Shown: in pieces, positions 39,783 to 52,490 of the stretch | How positions within the stretch are numbered: position 1 is the first letter of the stretch | Layout: the number at the start of each line of letters is the position of its first letter | Assembly (NCBI GenBank): GCA_032718475.1 | Contig: JAUCBJ010000100.1 | Location: 37,589-101,588, forward strand | DNA length: 64,000 bases | Origin: Nemertoderma westbladi | Lineage: Eukaryota; Animalia; Xenacoelomorpha | Direction of reading: 5' to 3' | Position numbers and translations under genes: made by a program | The notes under the pieces: generated by a model | What the model was told of the DNA's origin: nothing | Seen by the model: only the letters and a program-made list of their open reading frames with translations | Database searches by the model: none

Positions 39783-41326
39783 TCAATGAAATGGATATAT
39801 TCAATCAATGGATATATTCAATCAATGGATATATTCAATCAATGGATATTTTCAATCAATGGATATATTCAATCAATGGATATATTCAATCAATGGATAT
39901 ATTCAATCAATGGATATATTCAATCAATGGATACATTCAATCAATGGATATATTCAATCAATGGATATATTCAATCAATGGATATATTCAATCAGGGGAT
40001 ATATTCAATCAATGGATATATTCAATCAGGGGATATATTCAATCAATGGATATATTCAATCAATGGATATATTCAATCAATGGATATATTCAATCAATGG
40101 ATATATTCAATCAATGGATATATTCAATCAGGGGATATATTCAATCAATGGATATATTCAATCAGGGGATATATTCAATCAATGGATATATTCAATCAAT
40201 GGATATATTCAATCAATGGATATATTCAATCAATGGATATATTCAATCAATGGATATATTCAATCAGGGGATATATTCAATCAATGGATATATTCAATCA
40301 GGGGATATATTCAATCAATGGATATATTCAATCAGGGGATATATTCAATCAATGGATATATTCAATCAATGGATATATTCAATCAGGGGATATATTCAAT
40401 CAATGGATATATTCAATCAATGGATATATTCAATCAATGGATATATTCAATCAATGGATATATTCAATCAGGGGATATATTCAATCAATGGATATATTCA
40501 ATCAATGGATATATTCATATTTAATCAATGGATATATTCATATTCAATCAATGGATATATTCAATCAATGGATACATTCAATCAATGGATATATTCAATC
40601 AGGGGATATATTCAATCAATGGATATATTCAATCAATGGATATATTCATATTTAATCAATGGATATATTCATATTCAATCAATGGATATATTCATATTCA
40701 ATCAATGGATATATTCATATTCAATCAATGGATATATTCATATTCATTCAATGGATATATTCAATCAATGGATATATTCAATCAATGGATATATTCAATC
40801 AATGGATATATTCAATCAGGGGATATATTCAATCAATGGATATATTCAATCAATGGATATATTCAATCAATGGATATATTCAATCAGGGGATATATTCAA
40901 TCAGGGGATATATTCAATCAATGGATATATTCAATCAATGGATATATTCAATCAGGGGATATATTCAATCAATGGATATATTCAATCAATGGATATATTC
41001 AATCAATGGATATATTCAATCAAGGGATATATTCAATCAATGGATATATTCAATCAATGGATATATTCAATCAATGGATATATTCAATCAATGGATATAT
41101 TCAATCAGGGGGTATATTCAATCAATGGATATATTCAATCAATGGATATATTCAATCAATGGATATATTCAATCAATGGATATATTCAATCAATGGATAT
41201 ATTCAATCAATGGATATATTCAATCAATGGATATATTCAATCAGGGGATATATTCAATCAATGGATATATTCAATCAATGGATATATTCAATCAATGGAT
41301 ATATTCAATCAATGGATATATTCAAT
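39783..41326. repeat. 17-bp satellite (atcaatggatatattca), left part
   Basis: Directly visible; interrupted by the LTR element at 41327. Confidence 0.97.
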
Positions 41327-42059
41327 TGTGACGGAATCCACTGGAGTTGACAGTGGTGGATTCCGACCGGTGTGTGGATTGTACGCGTCGTCGCGTCCGT
41401 GGGCTGCTGGGCTAACGCTGGATATAATATGTTAGGCCGAAGGCAGTTGAAAAGACAGAGTTAAATTGTCAGTATTAATAATCACAGCAATTGATAATAG
41501 CACTGTCTGAATATAATAATATGCAATACAAACAGTAACGATGACGGTCAAAACTATTCCGGTCTCACAACCGTAAGGAAATCAACTAACTAATAATCAG
41601 TAATCATAACGGTTATATCATTGACACATATTACATTAGGCCCTACACTACTGGGTGGCCTTAATATCCAATAGATGCGCTCTTGTCCTCCCCAATGTGC
41701 TTTCCCGCTGATTATTGGCTTAACTTATTAATTCTCACCTCGCCACTCCATGTTGGCGCTGTCCCTTGGTGCTAGCCTTACTAGCTTGTTTCTCCTTCTG
41801 AGGTGGTTTGACCTCTCACCTCTCTCTGTGGTTTGTGGCGTGTGTCGCCCCAGTTGGTTATGAGGTGAGAATATTATTGGTAATCTCACATAGCCAACTA
41901 TATTGGTAAAATGCCACTAATCCCATTTTCGGTGGGTAGTGCACGGAATTGAATCCGCTTACACTCCCCCCCCCCCCCCATGATATCGTCCCAGTGAGAA
42001 GATAGCATCAACCTTAAGTGCGCTTCAATTCCGCTGGAATCCAATCTAATATTGGATGT

Positions 42060-45000
42060 GGGGTGGAATTTTCTTCTCGGGGTCGGCTTTCCAGGCCGGC
42101 CCCCGCCCCCATGGGTCTGTTATCACTACCCATCCTTGGTACATCTGCGAGCTAAGCTGTACCAAGGCATCTGGCGTCTCTGTTTTAGATGATTGCCCTC
42201 ACTCCTCACACAATTTTCCTCAAATTTTCCTCACGGACTTTGTTGTCCCTTCCTCTCTCACCAGTCCCTTGGGACTCATCCTCCTCTATGCTCGCTCCCC
42301 ACACTTGAATCTCGCACTTCCATCACTTCCTCAACTCTAACACCTTCTCCCCATGCTTCCCCCATACTCAACCCGTATTTCTTCCCACTCACTTCTGTCG
42401 GGCCTCACATTCTCTTTTATGCCGTCGCACTCAAGAAGTGTGATCCGTCTAATGTCTCGTCCTCCTGTATGCACATACTAATTGCACTTAATTAATTGCA
42501 CTTAGGAGTTTGTACTGTTCCGTTCATGTGGTGCCTTCCAGGTACACTTATACCCATGTTCCTGAGTTCCCGTCTTCGGGAACCATCTTAGTCCCTTGCC
42601 CCTATCGTCATCTTGCCTGGGCCATTTCCTTCCTTCCTGTTTACCCTTGAGGCTACTCATCCTTGCCGATACCGTCTTACCAAGCCCCGTTGTTGGTTCT
42701 TTGGGCGCAGGTATTATCAACTCCCGGTATCGCTTCGCAGGTGGTCCCACTGAGTGTCCCTCCTGTCTCCCTCTGGTAGCATCCCACAAGATCATTTTCA
42801 TCGCCCGCGGCACGTGTTCCCCCAGAAAGTCCCTGAATTCGATCCTATTTTCTGGTGACCATCTGTCTAGGTACCTGGTGCCTAGAACTAATCACTTAAT
42901 ACTAGGACCTGCTGGCCTGGCTATACCTTGCAGTAGCAGAAATACTAGGATGTGAAAGTGTAATTAGGATATATATATTTATAAGTAACATTATAATTTA
43001 TTATTAACATCACATTACATTCATGCACTTTAAGTAATAACTAAAAAATAGGTGAGGTAGCCTGCCACAGGCATACTAGCAACCACAACGATTTCATTTA
43101 TTTGTGAGATATTTGTGCTACATACTAGGGCCTACGTGCTATCTAGATAGTGCTAGATACTACAATTTGTTTTTATCCCATTAACCACTCAGTGACTTAT
43201 ATAAAATATTTAACGGTAAAAAAAACTAGCCAAGCACAATCATATTGATTGTTTAAGTTCGACAATGCGAAAAGGTATACACTGTTTCTTTACCATTTAT
43301 TTGAGAAATATATTGATATATCCATCCCTAGCAGCACTGCCATGTATAAAAAAAAATAAAGATCTTTTTTGAGATATTTCAAAGTAAAAATCATTTTTAT
43401 GCCGATTAACAAATATGACATAGTTAAACACATGCAAAGAGATAGTCGCAAATATTGTTAACCATTAACAATGTATGTTGCGATCGCAAGGTTTCGTGAT
43501 GCTTCGCGAAACATCGCGATGTTTCACAAAACCGTCGAATGACCAAAACAAAAACGCCTGTAAGTCACGAAGGGGCGCAAAAGCCATCCCAATTTTTTTA
43601 TGGGTGTTAAGAGACATAATAAGGATAATTTGAGCCAAGTTTGAGCAAAATTGAAGTATACATGTTTTTCGCGCTTCGCATTTAAAGTCATTAAAGCTAC
43701 ATTAAAAGAGCTATGTGGAAAATATAGCACAAGTATCACGATATTATGAAAGAGCAAGACAAGAGCTTTCAAATGAATACTTATGTTGCATGTTTATTAT
43801 GAGATCTTCATTAATAATGCCTCTTTGTATACTTCCGGTCCGACTGGAAATCGGCGAAAACCTCAAACTTTGAGGTGGCATATCTCGTGATTGCAAGCAG
43901 TTCAAGATCTAAAATTTAGCATGAGTTACTTACTCAATAAGTACTAGCTCTCCACCAAATTTCAAAAAAATCCGAGCACCTAAGGTAAAAAATGCTATAA
44001 AAGTGTGATGATTTCGTGCGGAATGTCCCTCGCCCAACCTGATTGTACTCGCCGCAAAGTCCATTGCCGGCTCCCCGTGCTCCCAGGTCCGCTTACCAGG
44101 TTTGTCCCAGAAGGCTCTCGCCCCGCTGGCCATCACCATCCTCCCGTCCACCCAGTCCGTATCTGAGTGGCCGATCCTCGCTATTGGTGGCATCGCCCCG
44201 AACTTGTCTTCTTCCTCTCCTGCTGGGAGCGGATCCGAACCCGGTAGCCCGGTTGATCCACTGTGTCCCTTTCCACCCTGGTATCCGCCCATAGCCTTCC
44301 ACCCTTCTACCTCCCTCGGTCTCTTCCTCCCAATGTCGCCGTCAGAGGCCGCTGGCATGGGCATTCCTTGCAACCCCGATGTTGACTGTCTCGGTGTTTC
44401 TTCCATCCAACCCAGTTCGTCCTCCAGCCGAAACTCGTCTGAGGTCTCCGATCCCCACATCTCTTCCAAGAGTTGGGCTTCGAACTCATGCTCATCCCCC
44501 CTTATGTCCGCTTCTCTGTCCGCTGCCTCCTTTCTTTCTCTCCTGGCGACATCCTCTAGTCTCTTCTCCTCGACCCTATCTGCCTCCAGTCTCCTCCATC
44601 GCTTGTATGGTGTGTCTACCTCTCTGTCCACTCGGTGTCGGGTATCGAAAAATACCAACTCGCCCTTCAGCCCCGGCTGGTCTACAAGACCTTGGAAGGC
44701 CACCTTAAAGGCTCTCCTGTGATTCAGAGGTGCCCCTGATAGTAGAAACGCCGTCGGCTCCCTCCTGATAACCACCGTAATGAATAGGTTCAATAAACCT
44801 ATCATTATCCAATCCTCCTGTAGGATATATCTCTTCTGATATATCCTTATCGCTCCCTTCCAGAACTGATATACTTCCTGCTTTCCTGGTCTCGCTCCCC
44901 ACTTCAGCGAGTTCGCAAGTTCCGCTCCGTATTCTTCCCGGAACTTGTTCCAGTCCATCGGCTTGTGGCAGACGAGTCCCATCAGTTGGCCCAACGCCAC

Positions 45001-45616
45001 GGCTCCGCAATGTCCCGTGTTCTCCACCAATCCCAATCGCTCTGGTCTCGTCATAGCCATATAGACTACCTACATGTCCAGGAGATTGGAGGTGTCCGGT
45101 CCAATAATCCTATCCGCGTCGTCGCGGATCACCTATCCCACATTGACCATAGTTTTCTGTCTCACTAGCTCCTGCACCGCCCTTGGCAACCGATCCTACC
45201 AACCCCCTTCTCGAGCCCTCGTCATCCTCCACAGTCCCTTCGTCGTCTAGGACCATATAACCGCCCCTCTCTACGGAATCTACAAATCTCCTCCACTCCT
45301 TCCTCGGTGGTTCCCTCGGATACTTTGGTATCCCGAACTTCGCCTTGTCTCCCTTCACAACGTAGCGAAGATGCTCGTGGATCACGTTGTCCAACGACGG
45401 CGTCCCGTAGGTCCCGACCAGTTGTTGCTCGTGCATCTCCCTAAACTGGTCCTGTAGCGCGTGCGCCCTGTGACCCTTTGGGAGTAGTTTGTAGTATCCC
45501 TTTGTCTTCTCCTCCGGATGCCTCTGCGTGAAGTCCACTAGCAACTCCTTCCCAGTCTTCTCTGACTTTCTCTTCTTTACTAATTTCTCCGCCATCACGA
45601 ATCTACACGCTCTCAC
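42060..45616 (-). pseudogene. Disrupted extra ORF of the LTR element; hydrophilic protein of unrecognised family
   Basis: Fragments 45616-45110 (168 aa), 45060-44026 and ~42880-42502 contain stops and a frameshift. A homologous, diverged copy lies at 61345-61900 and 60850-61230. Confidence 0.7.
42885..44029. mobile_element. AT-rich insertion (probable DNA transposon fragment) interrupting the extra ORF
   Basis: Abrupt composition change. The right end reads GGGACATTCCGCACGAAATC on the minus strand (TIR-like); no matching left TIR was seen. Confidence 0.45.
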
Positions 45617-46386
45617 CCAACTGGTGGGGCCTTACAAAGGCTCAGTTCAAGTGAGGGTCGTCAAACAGAATGTTAATTGTTCCGATCAGTGATGGCCTAC
45701 CTCCTATGCTACGTTTTTGCGGTATATTTGTATAAATATACCCCCGAAGTGTCAATTTACCCTAAATTTGTAATTTTGTCCGTTGCTTTTATTAATGATT
45801 CTAGAATTTCCACCCCCAGTTGTCATAATATGGATTGGATAAATGGATATATGTTAGGCCGAAGGCCGTTGAAAAGACAGAGTTAAATTGTCAGTATTAA
45901 TAATCACAGCAATTGATAATAGCACTGTCTGAATATAATAATATGCAATACAAACAGTAACGGTGACGGTCAAAGCTATTCCGGTCTCACAACCGTAAGG
46001 AAATCAACTAACTAATAATCAGTAATCACAATGGTTATATCATTGACACATATTACATTAGGCCCTACACTACTGGGCGGCCTTAATATCCAATAGATGC
46101 GCTCTTGTCCTCCCCAATGTGCTTTCCCGCTGACTATTGGCTTAACCTGATTAATTCTCACCTCGCTACTCCCTGTTGGCGCTGTCCCTTGGTGCTAGCC
46201 TTACTAGCTTGTTTCTCCTTCTGAGGTGGTTTGACCTCTCACCTCTCTCTGTGGCTTGTGGCGTGTGTCGCCCCAGTTGGTTATGAGGTGAGATTATTAT
46301 TGGTAATCTCACATCACCAACTATATTGGTAAAATGCCACTAATCCCATTTTCGGTGGGTAGTGCACGGAATTGAATCCGCTTACA

Positions 46387-46970
46387 TCAATCAATGGATA
46401 TATTCAATCAATGGATATATTCAATCAATGGATATATTCAATCAGGGGATATATTCAATCAATGGATATATTCAATCAGGGGATATATTCAATCAATGGA
46501 TATATTCAATCAATGAATATATTCAATCAATGGATATATTCAATCAATGGATATATTCAATCAATGGATATATTCAATCAATGGATATATTCAATCAATG
46601 GATATATTCAATCAGGGGATATATTCAATCAATGGATATATTCAATCAATGGATATATTCAATCAGGGGATATATTCAACCAATGGATATATTCAATCAG
46701 GGGATATATTCAATCAATGGATATATTCAATCAATGGATATATTCAATCAATGGATATATTCAATCCATGGATATATTCAATCAATTGATATATTCAATC
46801 AGGGGATATATTCAATCAATGGATATATTCAATCAATGGATATATTCAATCAAGGGATATATTCAATCAGGGGATATATTCAATCAATGCATATATTCAA
46901 TCAATGGATATATTCAATCAATGGATATATTCAATCAATGGATATATTCAATCAATGGATATATTCAATC
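46387..46970. repeat. 17-bp satellite, right part
   Basis: The same unit resumes in register after the TSD. Confidence 0.97.
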
Positions 46971-47127
46971 AGTTGCAACAGTTCAATCAATTACTATTCA
47001 GTTTTATAATAATATTAATACTGTATAAGGTTTATTTTTGTGCCCCATTCTAACAACAATCATGCAGAGGGCACGAACAACAATAATTATAAAACAGACC
47101 ACAATGACAGTGAATAATATTAAAAAT

Positions 47128-47300
47128 ATGCGGGGCGAGCCACGAAGTGAGCAAAGTCTTAGCATAGGGGTACCATTAACGAGTTATCCGTCGTCGTGAA
47201 ATTTGATTAGCTAATAACTCGGTCATTCCTTGATGAAATAAACCAAACTTTGTGCGTATTTAGTCCGTCAAAAGTTTAGAAAGAATCTGAAGTTTGGTCA
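47128..47300 (-). mobile_element. Helentron/HINE-like dispersed repeat, copy 1
   Basis: The reverse complement (ggtacccctatgctaag...cttcgtggctcgcccc) matches the ends of the copies at 57265-57468 and 57700-57917. The class assignment is inference. Confidence 0.45.
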
Positions 47301-47748
47301 AAAATCAGACAGTCTGTCAGTCGGTATCGGTAGTTTTGATAAAAACCGAAAAAATCAGTCAGTCAATCATTGATGAAAATTAAACCAAACTCGGTTAACA
47401 TGTCAAAAGGTTTCGAAATTGTACACAAAGACAGACTTCTATAGTTCCTCTGTCTGCCGTTAGGGGGCGAATTTACAGAAACATAGAAGCTGTAATTATA
47501 TAACCAATCATCAGATTAATCTGAAATTTAGTTTGAGTGTCCTATGAGCATTGGTTAAATAGAACACGTAGGCAAGCTAACAAAGTAGTAGAGTAGTACA
47601 GAAACGCGGATTACAGCTTTCTCGGGTTAGCCGAGCCTCGTGTCGTGCTGCGCGAAAGCTCTACGAACGTGAATAACTAACTAACTATGTATGTATAGGC
47701 CTATGTATTGTGTGTACATCACAAGTAAAAATGAATTTGTTAAAATCT

Positions 47749-48735
47749 TTATTTGTGCATGTATCGGGAGTACATAGCCCTCTGAATAGCCCACCAGGGC
47801 ATGGGAATAAACCCGGGTATGAAACGTGCCAACCCAGTGTGGCCCAACCCTTGTAGGGCACCGGACAGCGAGCGATGGTTGATCGGGCGCTTCCCGTTGC
47901 TGTCCGTCAACCCGTACTCTATGCCGATCTCCGCTGTTAGGTAGCTTCCGCAGGTTTTCTTCATAATGTTAGAATCGGCGGCCAAATTAGCGACGCATTG
48001 ACCGACGTACTGACAGGATTCCCCATCCTTAAAAATGTTGTAAAATTCTAAATCGGATTTGGATACGAGTTGGGCATCCGTTTCTAACTGAAGACGGATG
48101 TTGGCCACAAGTTTCGTGAAAGTTTCCGTTAGCACAGGTCCCGGACTGAGAACCACAAACGCAACTTTGTGTTGTCGCAGTTCCAATCCGCAATCAAGGG
48201 CCATTCGATTCACCGCGCATTTACCTATCCCGTACGAGGGAGTGAACACATAACCTTGGCTTCCTAGAGACGATATGTTCAATATGAGTCCTCGCTTCCG
48301 GGGTACCATCATGCGAGCGGCATAAACTGAAGCGACGTAATGGGCCTTGAGACCGACGTTGTTGGTCACCTCAAAGATACCCGGATCTATTTCCCAGAAG
48401 TTATTTTTGAAAGATTCTTCCAGCACATCGGCTGCCTGGTAGCAGTTGTTAACGAGAACGTCCAGTCGCCCCTCTTGTTCCGAACTAACCCGATCGAACA
48501 CTGCCTTTATTTGGTCCTCGTTCTTGTGGTCACATTGCACCGGCACTCCCACACCCCCTGCGTCTTCGATCTCACGCGCGACGTCGACTAAGGACATTCC
48601 GGGTTTATCGTCACTCGGGTTTAATGTGCGTCCGGTTACATATACCGTCGCCCCGGCCGCACCCAGCTGTACGGCAATCCCTTTCCCGATACCACGCGAA
48701 GCTCCAGTAACAATAGCTACTTTACCTTTTAACAT
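47749..48735 (-). CDS. DHRS1: Short-chain dehydrogenase/reductase, DHRS1-like, uninterrupted CDS (328 aa)
   Basis: TGASRGIG Rossmann motif, VYVTGR, GRLDVLVNN, NISS, catalytic YGIGK, and DHRS1-typical NNVGL..HY. Confidence 0.88.
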   Translation of the reverse strand: MLKGKVAIVTGASRGIGKGIAVQLGAAGATVYVTGRTLNPSDDKPGMSLVDVAREIEDAGGVGVPVQCDHKNEDQIKAVFDRVSSEQEGRLDVLVNNCYQAADVLEESFKNNFWEIDPGIFEVTNNVGLKAHYVASVYAARMMVPRKRGLILNISSLGSQGYVFTPSYGIGKCAVNRMALDCGLELRQHKVAFVVLSPGPVLTETFTKLVANIRLQLETDAQLVSKSDLEFYNIFKDGESCQYVGQCVANLAADSNIMKKTCGSYLTAEIGIEYGLTDSNGKRPINHRSLSGALQGLGHTGLARFIPGFIPMPWWAIQRAMYSRYMHK

Positions 48736-49151
48736 TTTAACAATTAAATGGTAATTTTACAGGAACAAAATGATGCACAATCACACAAAACTGACTGAGG
48801 TTAACAGCTAAAAATATGTTGCTTTGGTAATGTTAATTATTTCAGTTAGGCCCTATTAGCGCTTTATTGTCCGGACAGTTAATTATCCGCAAATAAGAAG
48901 TCCTAAACAACAGGGTTCGTAAGGTCGAATATTGACTAAATAGGAAATAGCTTAACTGTAAATATATGTCGGGGGTTCTCTAAAATGAGGCAAAACCTCA
49001 CGGTGTACCAAGTCGGGTAAAACAGTCGGTAACTCAACCTTTACGAGCACGGTGGCTACTCTCCAAAAAAAAGTAGCAGTAACGCCTAACTCGACAACAA
49101 CACATCAACTACTGCTGTAGCGTATAGGAATGGAAATGTAATATATATTTT

Positions 49152-51109
49152 AAAAACACGTGGAAACGGTCGAAATGGCGGTTTTGAAGCCAATTTTGAA
49201 AATCGGCTGTAAATGGCTGCTACATATTTGACGTCACTACGCAGTGCTCTGACAGGCCTAATTTCTTACATTGGTTTCTATGGAGGGTGATTTTAGATCC
49301 ATTCAAACAGTCAAATACACATTTAATCTCAACCCATTTCACACGTGGCTTAGGCCTATATCAATTGAAAGCGGAGAGTCTTGCGCGTCTTTTGACACAA
49401 CAATTAATTAAATTCATGGTGATGAACATTGATCAAATGAATCAATTCACAATTAATTATAAACTCGCAGATTGCCTGACCAGACCAGTACGCAAGCACT
49501 CAACCACTCAGCCCTCTGGCCCTATCCACCTATTGCATTGCAGTATCTGAGTATTGCAGTATTCATTAAGTTGAAATGTGGACCGGTCACCCGTAGTGTA
49601 AGAACGGTACAGCGGTAGGTTTACTCAACTTAATGAACTTAGCAACAATACAGCAATAGGCTGATAGGCCTAGTTTAATACTGCAATGCAATAGGTCAGT
49701 AGGTGGTTAGGTTAGGGCTGATTGGTTGAGTGCTTGCATAAGTCTGTAAGTGTCAGGCACTCAGGCAGTCAGGCAATCTACCAAGTTTGCAAAATTGCAA
49801 ACAGTATGTGAATCAATTTCGTACGTGTTTAAACGGAACAATGGATGGGGAGAAAAATACAAAACGAAAAATACAAAACCCATTAATTTGTTTTGTTATA
49901 TTTCAGTATTTTGGACACCTTACGGCTGTACGGCAGACCGTCGCCAGGCTTTAATTAATTATACAACAGAATAATAAGAATTGCAAATGTTTAAAATTCC
50001 CGCCAACGAAATAGCACTGAAATTAGAAGCAAAACTAGAAAATAGACATAAACGAGACCATGCGAAAAATAAACTCGGAAAATAACCGTAGAATTGAGTA
50101 GTTAGTCCAACTTTAAACTTACAATACCAAGTACAGCACCAAAGGGAAAGATCAAAGTAAATAAAACGATATATTAATGGGTTTAAAGTGCAAACTGGAA
50201 AATAAATTGAAACCGACCACATAAATCAGTAAACAGATAACTAGACCATGTGAAAATTAACTCTGAAAATAACAGTAAAATAGAAAAAGAAGAAACAGCT
50301 GTAATTAATTAAGTAGTTAGTCCAATCAAAATTTACAAAAATGCACCAAAAGGAAAGATTAAAGTAATTAAAACGATGTATATTAATTGTTTAGGTGCAA
50401 AGCAGAAAATAATAATTAAAACAACCACATACCTAAGGAAATTAGAAAAACTAAATAGATAAAAAAGAACATTCGAAAATTATCAGGAAATACAGTAGAA
50501 TGAAAAATGTCTGAAGTGGTTTGAGGCAATAATTATTATTAATTAGTAAGTCAAATTAAATTTAAAAAATGCACCAAATGAAAAGGATAAGTAATTAAAA
50601 CGATATATTACTGGTTTTAGGTGCAAATCCAAACAATAATTAATTAATTATCATTAACTAATTTGTTAAACAACCGCGAGTCCACGAACGTACTGAATGT
50701 TCCGAAATTGGCGGGAATTTTAAATATTTGCAGTAAAATTAAAAAAAATTACACAACAAATTTATTGTTTTTCTATTTTTCTCCACATCCATTGTTCCGT
50801 TTAAACGCGTACGAAATTAAAATCAACCATGGATGTCAGACCACTTAAAATTATTTTATCATGTACATGATCATGAACTTAAGTAATAGTAGTGTCCGCT
50901 TTCAATTAATATAAGCCACGTGTGAAATGATTGAGATTTAATATGTATTTGAATCGATCGAAAATCTCTATCCATAGAAACCAAGATAAAAAATATAAGA
51001 TCACTTCGTAGTGACGTCAAATCTGTAGCAGCCAATCACAGCCGATTTTCAAAATTGGCTTCACGGGCTTACTTAAACCCGCCATTTCGACCGTTTCCAG
51101 GTGCTTTTA
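49152..51109. mobile_element. ~2-kb foldback element with long imperfect inverted arms, a nested MITE (~49468-49780) and central ~200-bp tandem repeats
   Basis: tggaaacggtcgaaatggcgg...gccaattttgaaaatcggctgt...tgacgtcactacg is mirrored at 51005-51105. Further mirrored blocks at 49270-49375/50895-50985, 49815-49865/50765-50820 and 49980-50006/50707-50732. Confidence 0.8.
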
Positions 51110-51510
51110 CCAAAACACACCCCACCATCCGATTCAGGGCACCTTGTTACCCATTATTCGATTGTTTATAGCCCATCATTTTTTTATTGCTAAACATAAA
51201 CAAGCCAATCTGCCAATAGGAGAAGATAACTCCTAACTAATATTGGGAAGTGGTTTAATTTTCTATTTTGATTGGTCAATGATGCCTGCGAGGGTTTCCT
51301 GCTTATGTGTCAGTAACTAAGTAGACCTATACTCGTAATCCTACTGCCAGCGTCCCGGGGCCAGGAAGTCAGTCAGGTTACATTTTATACTACACTACAG
51401 AATATTACCAGTTGGCGGCAGTGGATAAGTCCCTAGTGCTACTGTAGCATAGTTTGTTGTACAGTACTGTACATTTAATAAATATCATTCAAATTTGTTA
51501 ATAAAGATTA

Positions 51511-51765
51511 ATGGCTCTTTATGAACGGTTTGTAGCCATGGCAACTGATCCGCCATTCGCAAAGGGCAACTATTATCTTGAGAAAGTCAAAGACAAAGAC
51601 AGCGCTTACGGGTCTGTTATTCATCTCAAAAGCGTGTGCTGGCTGCATATCCGGGGTTGTTTACCGAAGGTGAGGTCTGGTCTGTACCAGGTTGTATGGC
51701 GACTGAGGTTCGGCAAGAATCCGAGTTTAACACATAATATGGAAACAAACATAAGGTGTTTTATA
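51511..51765 (+). pseudogene. 5' fragment of a paralog of the PP2-SOCS gene, truncated by a CRE insertion
   Basis: Nearly identical to 58029-58292 (MALYER.VAMATDPPF...HNMETNI.CFI), with a small deletion removing the conserved TW; similarity starts ~110 bp upstream. Confidence 0.85.
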
Positions 51766-51799
51766 CCGATTCGCATGCAGCGCCACCTAGCGATGGTCA

Positions 51800-52490
51800 C
51801 ACAAACCCATCAGTTACAGTGACTCGCGCAGTCCTCAATAAGACTGGGGGCTGGTTAACTGCCCAACCCAGCGTCCGTGATGCCACCGACCTCAGTACAG
51901 ATGAGTTTCGTGACAACCTGGCGCTCCGTTATGGCCTCGTCCCGCCGGGTCTTCCAGTGAAGTGCGAGGGTTGTGGGAGGCACCCCCACATCTCCACCAC
52001 CCACACATTGAGCTGCAAGTCCGGCGGCTTAATAATAAAACGCCATAACGAGATACGTGAGGTGTTTGGAGACCTCCTGGCATCGGCGTTCGGGACATCG
52101 AGCGTGGAGCGGGAGGTGACCCTATCCCACGGTTATCTGGATAGGGAAGGTCGGGAGGTAGGGGGGCAGGGGGGGTGCTGGCGGATTTGATCGCTCGGGG
52201 GGTCTGGGCTAACCAGAGAGTGGCGTCGTTCGATATCGCGGTTATAAACGCTGACGCCACCTCTTATGTCCAGGCCAACCGTTCTACCGAGTCCATCCTG
52301 GAGCAGCGTAGCAGGCTGAAGAAGTTGCACCACCAAGCCATCTGCGAGGAGAGGACCGGAGGATGGCGTTTACACCCCTGGTAGGCACCACCGACGGTGT
52401 CTGGTGCACCGAGGCCCAGATACTGATCAGCTATCTCGCCGAGACACTCGTGGCTGGTCGGGATGGTATGCGGGAAAGGGGCCTCGCGTG
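51800..52490 (+). mobile_element. CRE-clade non-LTR retrotransposon remnant (zinc knuckle plus RLE endonuclease)
   Basis: GWLTAQP...EFRDNLALRYG...CEGCG..H.LSCKSGGLIIKRHNEIRE, ADL..RGVW...FDIAV, FTPLV; frameshifted. Confidence 0.8.

Larger units (their letters stand above)
41327..46386 (-). mobile_element. Non-autonomous LTR retroelement (no gag/pol) inserted in the 17-bp satellite
   Basis: TG...CA termini and a 5-bp TSD TCAAT (41322-41326 / 46387-46391). LTRs at 41327-41963 and ~45845-46386 differ at roughly 15 positions over ~535 bp by eye. Poly-C after the left LTR is the PPT on the minus strand. Confidence 0.88.

Noticed and set aside
45805-45822. TGGGGG as a tRNA-Pro primer-binding site
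   Set aside because: The match does not extend; it aligns better with the post-pol purine tract of copy 2.
41327-46386. DIRS/Ngaro split-repeat element
   Set aside because: TG..CA ends, a 5-bp TSD and a PPT indicate an integrase-type LTR element; no tyrosine recombinase seen.
36132-47028. KGST-rich and MDIFNQW-rich ORFs
   Set aside because: Translations of the two 17-bp satellites.
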